This document shows positions 10,022 to 17,713 of a stretch of DNA of 64,000 bases, piece by piece. A program made the translations under genes and the position numbers. The notes beneath the pieces are model-generated. The model did no database searches. It saw only the letters and a list, made by a program, of their open reading frames with translations, and was not told the origin of the DNA. Origin of the DNA: Candidatus Enterousia sp. (GTDB lineage: Bacteria > Pseudomonadota > Alphaproteobacteria > Rs-D84); NCBI GenBank assembly GCA_045635585.1, contig JAZTWA010000012.1, forward strand, positions 19,315 to 83,314, given 5' to 3'. Positions within the stretch are counted from its first letter, which is position 1. The number at the start of each line of letters is the position of its first letter.

Positions 10022-10830
10022 TGGAAAAAAATATGAAGTTTTGGATTTCGATTCTTTGTGGAATCTTTCTTGCGATGCCATCGGGATTTGCAACAGATGA
10101 TGTTGATTATTCTGATGAAGAAGAAGTGGTTGAATATTCTGATGATGAAGATTTCGAATATGTTGATGAATCAGATGAAACGGAAGAATCTGATGATGTC
10201 GCAATAGAAGAAGTGTCTGTAAATCTTGCAGTTCGTTTAACGTGTGATGAAATGAATGTACGTATTAGTGAATTAGGGCAGGTGGCAGATCCAGATGATG
10301 CAACATTATCTGAAATTACAAAATTAAAGGCAGATTATCGTCGTGCATGTAATCGTGCCGCCGGTGCACGTGCCGCCGCAGCCAGTGCAAAACGTGAAAT
10401 ATTGGTGAATGTGCAACCAGTGGAAAATGAAACTGTTGCAGATGATGTTGTGGTGGAGGGTGATGTTTCAAATAAAAATAATGATATGTCACGCAGTGCC
10501 GCCGGTGTTATGGCAAATTCAAAAAATAGACGTGTGGGCAGTGCGCCACGTGCAAAAAATTTGATGCAACAAAAGTCAACAGTACAGGCCGATGAAACAA
10601 AAAAATCAGAAGATGTTAAAGAAGATAAAACAGAGACTGTTGTAGAGCCAGCAGAACCAGAATTAACATTAGAACAAGAATTGGCGAATTTGGATGCGGG
10701 GCTTTGTGCAGATGGCAGTAAACCAAATAAATTTGGATGTTGTGGTGATGAAATATTTAAGGATTTGGGAAATACAGTTTTTGGGTGTTGTCCAAAAGAT
10801 GGTGGCGATTGTTTTCCGCCAATGAAATAA
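10021..10830 (+). CDS. Secreted acidic protein with C-terminal 6-Cys module (CCx2EIx2DxG...CCPx2GGDCFPP)
   Basis: Signal peptide (MKFWISILCGIFLAMPSGFA, probable start at 10033). Asp/Glu-rich N-terminal region. C-terminus GCCGDEIFKDLGNTVFGCCPKDGGDCFPPMK. Translationally coupled to the upstream gene. Confidence 0.5.
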   Translation: MEKNMKFWISILCGIFLAMPSGFATDDVDYSDEEEVVEYSDDEDFEYVDESDETEESDDVAIEEVSVNLAVRLTCDEMNVRISELGQVADPDDATLSEITKLKADYRRACNRAAGARAAAASAKREILVNVQPVENETVADDVVVEGDVSNKNNDMSRSAAGVMANSKNRRVGSAPRAKNLMQQKSTVQADETKKSEDVKEDKTETVVEPAEPELTLEQELANLDAGLCADGSKPNKFGCCGDEIFKDLGNTVFGCCPKDGGDCFPPMK

Positions 10831-10853
10831 GGTAAAAATAAAGGAATATAACA

Positions 10854-11096
10854 ATGAAAAAAACAATAAAGCCATGTTTTGCAGTTATTATTGCTTTTGC
10901 ACTGGGGTTTGTGTTGGGAATGGTTGCATATGCAAATCGCACTGTTTTTGATTTTGGTTCAGATGCATTATGTCTTGACGGTACGGTACCGGATAAAAAT
11001 GGTTGCTGTGCGGGTGAAATATATACGGATATGGGTGATTTAGGATACAATTGTTGTCCAGAGGTTGGGGGTGATTGTTTCCCACCAATCCGGTAA
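10854..11096 (+). CDS. Small secreted protein with the same C-terminal 6-Cys module
   Basis: 80 aa with SD AAGGA upstream and a signal peptide. The C-terminus GCCAGEIYTDMGDLGYNCCPEVGGDCFPPIR aligns with the previous gene's C-terminus. Confidence 0.5.
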   Translation: MKKTIKPCFAVIIAFALGFVLGMVAYANRTVFDFGSDALCLDGTVPDKNGCCAGEIYTDMGDLGYNCCPEVGGDCFPPIR

Positions 11097-11100
11097 AATT

Positions 11101-11412
11101 AAATCTAATGGCATATCTATGGCCGCCCCCGATAACTCATGTAGCGTCTGTACACTACGTTATCGGGGGCATTCCATATCTATACCATTATCTTTAATTT
11201 TTTAAAATTCGTATGCATATCTATGGCGTCCCCGATAACCGATGTAGCATTTGTACACTACGTTATCGGGGGCATTCCATATCTATACCATTATCTTTAA
11301 TTTTTTTAAATTCGTATGCATATCTATGGCCGCCCCCGATAACCGATGTAGCGTTTGTACACTACGTTATCGGGGGTAATCCATATCTATACCATTATCT
11401 TTAATTTTTTTA
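11101..11412. repeat. Tandem array (3 copies, period 103-104 bp) of a palindrome-containing intergenic repeat element
   Basis: Units begin at ~11111, 11215 and 11318. Each contains the inverted repeat cccccgataac-N22-gttatcggggg, with an inner gtag/ctac pairing, followed by catatctataccattatctttaattttt. The array starts at the stop codon of the upstream gene. Confidence 0.9.
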
Positions 11413-11432
11413 TTAGTGAAATAATAAAGTTC

Positions 11433-11460
11433 TTGATTTTGTTTTCATTTAGTATATAAT
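11433..11460 (+). promoter_or_regulatory. Sigma70-like promoter for the tRNA-Gly/tRNA-Tyr operon
   Basis: TTGATT, 16-bp spacer, TATAAT. The -10 element ends ~21 nt before the tRNA-Gly 5' end. Confidence 0.5.
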
Positions 11461-11481
11461 CACAGGGCTTTAGATTTTGTT

Positions 11482-11556
11482 GCGGGCATAGTACAAAGGC
11501 TAGTATGCAAGCCTTCCAAGCTTGAAATGCGGGTTCGATTCCCGCTGCCCGCACCA
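11482..11556 (+). tRNA. tRNA-Gly (anticodon UCC)
   Basis: 75 nt folded by hand. Acceptor gcgggca/tgcccgc, D-stem gtac/gtat, anticodon stem caagc/gcttg with loop cttCCaa, T-arm gcggg-ttcgatt-cccgc, encoded CCA. Confidence 0.85.
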
Positions 11557-11562
11557 AGGACT

Positions 11563-11649
11563 GGGCGTGCGCCGGAGTTGGAGAGCCGGGGCAGACTGTA
11601 AATCTGTTGGCTTAAGCCTGAGCTGGTTCGAATCCAGCCACTCCCACCA
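11563..11649 (+). tRNA. tRNA-Tyr (anticodon GUA), type II with long variable arm
   Basis: 87 nt. Anticodon stem gcaga/tctgt with loop ctGTAaa, 14-nt variable arm (ggc-ttaa-gcc), T-arm gctgg-ttcgaat-ccagc, encoded CCA. Irregularities are a C4-U69 acceptor mismatch and C at position 8. Confidence 0.7.
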
Positions 11650-11657
11650 AAAGATAG

Positions 11658-11682
11658 TACCCCAATGTGGGGTATTTTTTTT
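11658..11682 (+). terminator. Rho-independent terminator after the tRNA operon
   Basis: tacccca-atg-tggggta followed by T8. Confidence 0.7.
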
Positions 11683-11768
11683 GTAATTGTTTTTATGTTT
11701 ATATAAAAAAAACTGTTTTTGTTTATCTGTTGTATGTTATAATGGCCGATATAGTGAAAGGAGATTAA

Positions 11769-12128
11769 ATGAAAAAAATATTCTTTATGCTGCCTGTTAT
11801 TTTTAGTGTTGGTGTTTGTTTTGCAAATCAGACTTTGCCAAAGAATTTGGTTTGTGAAACGTCTTTGTCGGAACATGATCCAAAGGTTAAATCATCTTAT
11901 AATGTGAAAATTACAGAATATCAAAATGGGATTGTTTTAAATATAGATGGTCAATCATTTGTGTTGGCAAAAAATTTGGAAAAAGATGGAACTGTTTATT
12001 ATTACAGTGAAAAACCATGGTATAATTTCAGAATTAATGATCCACAAATGAAAGATAGTAAATATAATTTGGGAATTCCAACGGATGAACCTTTTGTACG
12101 TTATACAGTTTGTAAAGAAGTAAAATAA
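11769..12128 (+). CDS. Small secreted protein, function unknown
   Basis: 119 aa with a signal peptide. Extended -10 TGTTATAAT at ~11737 and SD AAAGGAG. Followed by a terminator. Confidence 0.45.
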   Translation: MKKIFFMLPVIFSVGVCFANQTLPKNLVCETSLSEHDPKVKSSYNVKITEYQNGIVLNIDGQSFVLAKNLEKDGTVYYYSEKPWYNFRINDPQMKDSKYNLGIPTDEPFVRYTVCKEVK

Positions 12129-12152
12129 AACGGCCGTTTGGCCGTTTTTTTA
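12128..12152. terminator. Bidirectional rho-independent terminator between convergent genes
   Basis: aaacggcc-gttt-ggccgttt plus T-run. It overlaps the stop of the minus-strand lpoA-like gene. Confidence 0.65.
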
Positions 12153-13769
12153 TTCTTCAATTTCGTATTCATCGATGTATGAGCGGTGTACCGATTCCAA
12201 TTTTATTGGTTTGTATTCCGAAGATGTCAGGGTTTCTGAATTTTCTTCGGTGGATATTATTTCAATCGGTTCGGCTGTTTGTGTAATATGGGTGGATGCA
12301 CTTGTGTTTGCGCCAATTGTTTTGCTGCGATATTTTGATTGAAAACGTTCAGGGATTTTTATGAAGTCGTCTGGGTCAATTCCAGTTGTTTGTAATTCCA
12401 TTGAATCGGCCGCACTGATTTTATGTGGATTGATGTTGTACAGTGGTTTTAAAAAGTCAGATGGTGCAGGTTTTACTTCACGTGCGATGCCGGTGCCGTT
12501 TAATTCCATGATGCGCATTGCGCGTTCGTTGTCACCATTTGGATTAAGGCGGAAAATTCCGTTTGTGCCGATATAACCACTGGGGTCAAGTAAATAGGCC
12601 GCGTTGGATTTGTCTGAATATATCATTCCAATTGCTAATTTTGTTGCATCGTATCCAAATGCCGCCAGTGTATTTGCCATACCCCCAGATATCTTTTCGT
12701 ATGTGGTTGAAAAGTCAGATGCAATTGGGGGCAAAGATGCATATTTCGCACCTGTCATTGTAAAGTCTGATGTAATATCGGAACCGTCCCACATTGGTGT
12801 GCCATAGAATTTTGCATCGTTTGCACCAACATTATAATATCGTAAATATGATGCCAAAGATTTTGTATCGTCCCCATTACCCAAGAACAAGACAGAATCA
12901 AATGGAACACGACCCAGTGCATCGGTCTTGGATAATTTTTCCAATTGGGTGTTCAGGCTTGAACGTTCAATTGCCGTCAGGCGTTCGTTGGTTATTATGT
13001 CTGATAATACCTGGCGGGCACGTGTGTGTGCAACGGTGCGCGCCGTATTCATAGATGCGATTTCTGCGGTACTTTTTATAGAGTCGGGATTTTTTTCGTC
13101 ATAATAAAAGATGCCGATTAATTCAATGTTGTTTATTTCGGATGCCGCAATCGCCGTGCCAGCCATTAAGTGGCCCGAATTGTTGTTTGGGGCAAATACA
13201 ATAAATTTTTGACGGTTATCAGATTTCATTTCTTGGACGATTGCATCAATCCCATTGTTTGGCATTAATGCCATTGTCATAACACCGTCGCCAATTGCGG
13301 TGGCATCAGATGTAAATGATAAAACGGGAATTTCAGATGATTTTGCATCGCGCAGTGTGCGGGCATCATTTGAAAATACCGGTCCAATGATGATTTCAGG
13401 GTTAGACGCCAAAACATTTGTGATAGTTTCTGATAAGTTTTGGGCGGTGTCATAAAACGAAAGATTTAATCCGCGTGGGGCATTTTGTAATGTGGCCATT
13501 TCGATTGATGTACGAATTGTGCGACCCACGGGCGCGCCATCCCCAGACAGGGGTAGCAGAACCGCAATATTATGTGGTGTGTCGTCGTTGTTGTCATGAC
13601 CGTATTGCATTTGGATTGGTGTGCCAGCGGTTAATGTGCCGTATTCATCAGACCAGTCTGTGCGCCCGCCAATGTGGGAACCTGTGCAGCCAGATAATAA
13701 AATTAATCCGAATAGATAATGTAAAATATTTTTTATATGCATTGAAAAATCCATTTTATTTTGTATCAT
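12150..13769 (-). CDS. lpoA: Penicillin-binding-protein activator LpoA-like lipoprotein (YraM/LppC family, periplasmic-binding-protein type I fold)
   Basis: Lipoprotein signal LLSGC (likely start MHIK at 13742). LivK-like PBP1 domain (IAVLLPLSGDGAPVGRTIRTSIEMA). It is divergent from rsmI, the conserved yraL/yraM arrangement. Confidence 0.55.
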   Translation of the reverse strand: MIQNKMDFSMHIKNILHYLFGLILLSGCTGSHIGGRTDWSDEYGTLTAGTPIQMQYGHDNNDDTPHNIAVLLPLSGDGAPVGRTIRTSIEMATLQNAPRGLNLSFYDTAQNLSETITNVLASNPEIIIGPVFSNDARTLRDAKSSEIPVLSFTSDATAIGDGVMTMALMPNNGIDAIVQEMKSDNRQKFIVFAPNNNSGHLMAGTAIAASEINNIELIGIFYYDEKNPDSIKSTAEIASMNTARTVAHTRARQVLSDIITNERLTAIERSSLNTQLEKLSKTDALGRVPFDSVLFLGNGDDTKSLASYLRYYNVGANDAKFYGTPMWDGSDITSDFTMTGAKYASLPPIASDFSTTYEKISGGMANTLAAFGYDATKLAIGMIYSDKSNAAYLLDPSGYIGTNGIFRLNPNGDNERAMRIMELNGTGIAREVKPAPSDFLKPLYNINPHKISAADSMELQTTGIDPDDFIKIPERFQSKYRSKTIGANTSASTHITQTAEPIEIISTEENSETLTSSEYKPIKLESVHRSYIDEYEIEE

Positions 13770-13790
13770 TTTACTATAAAAGGATTATAA

Positions 13791-14591
13791 ATGCAAACAG
13801 GGCTTTATATTGTTGGTACGCCAATCGGTAATTTGTCTGATATGTCGCCACGCGCAGTTGATGTTTTGAAAAATGTTGATTTAATTGCCGCAGAAGATAC
13901 GCGTGTGTTTGGTAAATTGGCATCGCACTTTGATATCAAAACCAAACGTGTTTCATGTCATGAACATAATGAACGTGATGTTATCCCAGATTTGATTCAA
14001 AAAATTCATGACGGTATGTCGATTGCGGTGGTGACAGATGCGGGTATGCCTGCGGTTTCTGATCCGGGATTCAGATTTGTACGGGCCGCACGTGCAGAAG
14101 GGGTGCCTGTGTTCGTGGTGCCGGGGCCGGTGGCCGCGATAAGTGCGCTGGTATTATCAGGGTTCCCAACAGATAGATTTACGTTTTGTGGTTTCTTTGA
14201 TGAAAAAAAGTTACGTGATGATAATAAGATTCCGCATACTATTATTTATTATGAAAGCCCAAATCGTATTATGAATACGATTGCCGTAATGGCACGTGTT
14301 ATGCCGGAAAGACAAATTGCAATTGTGCGTGAAATTACAAAAATTCATGAAGAAACAATTGTGGGATATCCGGCTGAATTGATGAATATTACACCACCGC
14401 GTGGGGAAATTGTTCTTTGCGTTGCACCGCGTCCAGAACATAAAATGACGGATGATGAAATCAGTTCTATTGTTAATGATATTGCGGCAACGTCTATGAA
14501 ATCGGCGGCGGCTGATTTGGCAATGCGGGCGGGAATATCAAAAAAGGAAGCGTATAAACGATTGTTGGAAAAGGGGACAACAGATGATTAA
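13791..14591 (+). CDS. rsmI: 16S rRNA (cytidine1402-2'-O)-methyltransferase RsmI
   Basis: Tetrapyrrole-methylase fold. LYIVGTPIGNLSDMSPRAVDVL...AAEDTR is the typical RsmI N-terminus. Confidence 0.85.
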   Translation: MQTGLYIVGTPIGNLSDMSPRAVDVLKNVDLIAAEDTRVFGKLASHFDIKTKRVSCHEHNERDVIPDLIQKIHDGMSIAVVTDAGMPAVSDPGFRFVRAARAEGVPVFVVPGPVAAISALVLSGFPTDRFTFCGFFDEKKLRDDNKIPHTIIYYESPNRIMNTIAVMARVMPERQIAIVREITKIHEETIVGYPAELMNITPPRGEIVLCVAPRPEHKMTDDEISSIVNDIAATSMKSAAADLAMRAGISKKEAYKRLLEKGTTDD

Positions 14592-15138
14592 ATTTGTGGG
14601 CAGTTTTGAAACAGTTAAATCTTTGCCAAATTCGCATTTTGCAGAATATGCTTTTATTGGGCGCAGTAATGTTGGAAAGTCTTCATTAATTAATGCTGTT
14701 GTTGGGGTTCCAATTGCACGTACGTCAAATACCCCAGGTCGTACACAAAGTTTGAATTTGTTTAATATAGATGACAGGGTGATGGTTGTTGATTTGCCAG
14801 GGTATGGTTATGCCAAGGTTTCAAAAGTGGATGCAATGCGATGGTTGAAAAGGTTAGAAGAATATCTGTTGACACGTCGTCAGTTAAAGCGATTGTTTGT
14901 CTTGATTGATTCACGTATTGGGGCGCGTGATTCTGATTTGGATTTGATGGATTTTTGTGATGCGAATGCAATTCCGTATCAGATTGTTTATACCAAGAAA
15001 GATAAAAAAGTTCGTGAAGAAAAACAGTATCAGATTTTACATACGGAACATGGGGCGATGATTCCTGAAATCATATATACATCGGCGGAAAAGAAAACGG
15101 GATTGGAATCTTTAAAGGAAACGTTGGGTGTTAAATAA
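14584..15138 (+). CDS. engB: Ribosome biogenesis GTPase EngB (YihA/YsxC)
   Basis: G1 GRSNVGKSSLIN, G3 DLPGYG, G4 TKKD. 184 aa. Its start overlaps the rsmI end. Confidence 0.8.
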   Translation: MIKFVGSFETVKSLPNSHFAEYAFIGRSNVGKSSLINAVVGVPIARTSNTPGRTQSLNLFNIDDRVMVVDLPGYGYAKVSKVDAMRWLKRLEEYLLTRRQLKRLFVLIDSRIGARDSDLDLMDFCDANAIPYQIVYTKKDKKVREEKQYQILHTEHGAMIPEIIYTSAEKKTGLESLKETLGVK

Positions 15139-17641
15139 CAACAATATTTTTTCTGTGTCAAATCCCGCACGTATGTCAGATGCCTTGTGGCGTGTGATGT
15201 CTGAATCTGGTGTGCCGATTAATGATATGCTAATTTTTTTGCCCAGCAGACGTGCGGTCAGAACTGTTGAAAAAATGATTGCAGAAAAATCGGGTGGTGT
15301 CGCATTGTTGCCAAAGTTGGTTGCGCTGGGTGAAGGGGTTGATGACGAAGATTTAGAAATCGATAATGATGAAAATAATATTATTTCAAATACAGAACGT
15401 GTAATTGTTTTGGCAAAATTGTTGGCTGCAGACGCAAATGTTGGAAATTTTGCCGCGGCATTACCTATTGCGCATGATTTGGTACGTATGCAGGATTATT
15501 TGGAAAATGAAGGCGTAGATACACAATCTATTAACTGGATTGGATTGGTTGATGATAAATATGCAAATCATTTTCAAAACAAAGCGCGAATTTTACAAAT
15601 TTTATCTGATTTTATGCCGATGTATGCAAATGGTAGGATTACATCTGTGGCGGCACGAAATGCAGATGTTAGAAATTGGATAGGTGTTATTAAGAATTAT
15701 AAATTGGTTATTGTTTGTGCATCAACGGCCAGTGTGCCTGCTACGGCGGATTTAATGTGTGCGGTTGCAGAATATGAAAATGGTCGTATTATTTTGTCTG
15801 GAAAAATTTCTGGTCGTGAACAAGATTTTTTATTAAATACAAATCCGTATAATTCTGAATATAAATTCTTGTCAAGAATTGGTATTGCGCCAGATGATGT
15901 TCGTGTCATTGATGTGGGCAATAGTGTGATTGATTTTATGAATTTTGCATTTGGAAATGATTGTGGTGTGGTAAATGCGGATTGTAATTTACAAAATTGT
16001 CATTTGATTGAAACGTCGCGTGAATCATTAGAAGCCGCAGCGGTTGCAGAAATTGCAGCGCGCAGTATCGAACAGAATAAGTCAGTACTAGTTATTACAC
16101 CAGATAGCGCAGGCAATCAGCGAATTGAAATGGAATTTAAAATACGTGGAATTACTGCAGATTTTTCGGGTGGAAAGTCGGGTATAACGACAGATGCAGG
16201 ACGTGCGATATTAAATTTGTTGGATACGTGGATTGAAACGTTTGATGATACTTTTGATAAGGTTTATGCGGATTCTGGATTTGTACTGTTTGATACAATT
16301 GCAAAAATTGTTGATATGTATCTTGATAAATTTGAACCGCAATTTGTTGTTGATGATGTAATCAGTATGCAAATTTGGAATGCAATAAAATCTGTTTCCG
16401 ATGCATTGAAAGTTGCAGATGTTAAGTTATCTTTATCTGATGCGCGGCTGGTAATTATGGATGCAATTTCTGGTGTTTGTGTGCGTGGCACCATGAATCC
16501 GGATGCGTCTGTGGTGGTATTGGGTACAATTGAATCACGTATGCAGACCGCGGATGTTGTTATATTAACCGGATTAAATGAAGGTATGTTTCCAGCACGT
16601 GGTTATGAAAATGCGTGGTTGCCACGTCGTGTCGCAGATGAAATTGGATTGCCGTCTGCAGATAGAAAAGTATCTTTGCAATCGTTGGACTTTATGAATT
16701 TGTCGTGTGGACCATGTGTGTATTGGTTGCGCAGTACGATGTCGGGTGGGGTACAAACGATGCAATCAAGATTTTTATCACGTGTAGTTGCACGTCGTGG
16801 GCAATTTGATATGGAGGCGGAAAAATCAATTTTAAATGCGGTGGCGCAACGTGATGATGTTCCATATAAATCATTAGATTATTCTGCACCAACACCGCCC
16901 GCAGATTGGAGTGATGTTTACGTTACAGAATTAGAGTTGTTGATTCATAATCCATATGCTTTTTATGTTAGACATATTTTGCGCTTATATGTTTTAGATG
17001 ACTATTGGGCGTTACCTGATGCGCGTGCGTTTGGAAATTTGGTGCATAGTGTTATTGAAAATGCAACAGATTTAAGACCAAATGTTTTGGTTGCAGAAAT
17101 GGATAGGTTGGCATTGCAAATGCTGGGACGGGATAGTGTTATCTTTCATTTTTGGCACAAAAGATTTCTTGAGATTGCGCCGGTGGTTGCGTGTGAATTA
17201 TCAGATGGAATAAAGTCTTATGCGGAAATAGGGGGAATGATTAAAATCGCGGGACGTAATGTACGTGCACGTGCAGACCGTATATGGGATGGTGGCGTTT
17301 TAGATATTAAAACGGGTTCCGCACCAAATAAAAAACAACTGTTGGCGGGTAATATGCCACAGTTGCCATTAGAAGCATTTATGTTACAGCAGGGTGGTTT
17401 TCCGATAAAAACAACTTCTGTATCAAAAACACCGATTATAAAATTTTTACAATTAAAAAATAATGATACGCGTGTAATTGAATATGATGCACAAACAACA
17501 CAACAAATGATAAATGCATCTGTTGATAAGGTAACAGAGTTGTTTAATATGTATTCGGTCGGTGGTGCAGCATATGAATACTATGAAACCAGTGATCAAA
17601 AGTATAAACAATACGATGATTTGGCGCGTGTCAAAGATTGA
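15128..17641 (+). CDS. AddB-like PD-(D/E)XK nuclease family protein (alphaproteobacterial type, no Fe-S cluster)
   Basis: 837 aa. C-terminal RecB-type nuclease motif ...RARADRIWDGGVLDIKTGSAP. No Walker A and no Cys cluster. No addA/UvrD-like partner gene is adjacent. Confidence 0.45.
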   Translation: MLNNNNIFSVSNPARMSDALWRVMSESGVPINDMLIFLPSRRAVRTVEKMIAEKSGGVALLPKLVALGEGVDDEDLEIDNDENNIISNTERVIVLAKLLAADANVGNFAAALPIAHDLVRMQDYLENEGVDTQSINWIGLVDDKYANHFQNKARILQILSDFMPMYANGRITSVAARNADVRNWIGVIKNYKLVIVCASTASVPATADLMCAVAEYENGRIILSGKISGREQDFLLNTNPYNSEYKFLSRIGIAPDDVRVIDVGNSVIDFMNFAFGNDCGVVNADCNLQNCHLIETSRESLEAAAVAEIAARSIEQNKSVLVITPDSAGNQRIEMEFKIRGITADFSGGKSGITTDAGRAILNLLDTWIETFDDTFDKVYADSGFVLFDTIAKIVDMYLDKFEPQFVVDDVISMQIWNAIKSVSDALKVADVKLSLSDARLVIMDAISGVCVRGTMNPDASVVVLGTIESRMQTADVVILTGLNEGMFPARGYENAWLPRRVADEIGLPSADRKVSLQSLDFMNLSCGPCVYWLRSTMSGGVQTMQSRFLSRVVARRGQFDMEAEKSILNAVAQRDDVPYKSLDYSAPTPPADWSDVYVTELELLIHNPYAFYVRHILRLYVLDDYWALPDARAFGNLVHSVIENATDLRPNVLVAEMDRLALQMLGRDSVIFHFWHKRFLEIAPVVACELSDGIKSYAEIGGMIKIAGRNVRARADRIWDGGVLDIKTGSAPNKKQLLAGNMPQLPLEAFMLQQGGFPIKTTSVSKTPIIKFLQLKNNDTRVIEYDAQTTQQMINASVDKVTELFNMYSVGGAAYEYYETSDQKYKQYDDLARVKD

Positions 17642-17713
17642 TATTAATGTTGTGTCGTTTGTTTCACTTTAAATTTTTTCTGGGTGCGTGGTGTATCCAG
17701 AATTAACACGTTT

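Noticed and set aside
11101-11412. Possible CRISPR array (regular repeats with internal palindrome)
   Set aside because: The units are ~104 bp and contiguous with no unique spacers. The identical element recurs at a second locus. No cas genes are present. It is a tandem repeat element, not CRISPR.
11460-11876. 138-aa minus-strand ORF in the supplied track
   Set aside because: It overlaps two well-folded plus-strand tRNA genes and their terminator. The translation (GGSGWIRTSSGL...) is an antisense-of-tRNA artefact.
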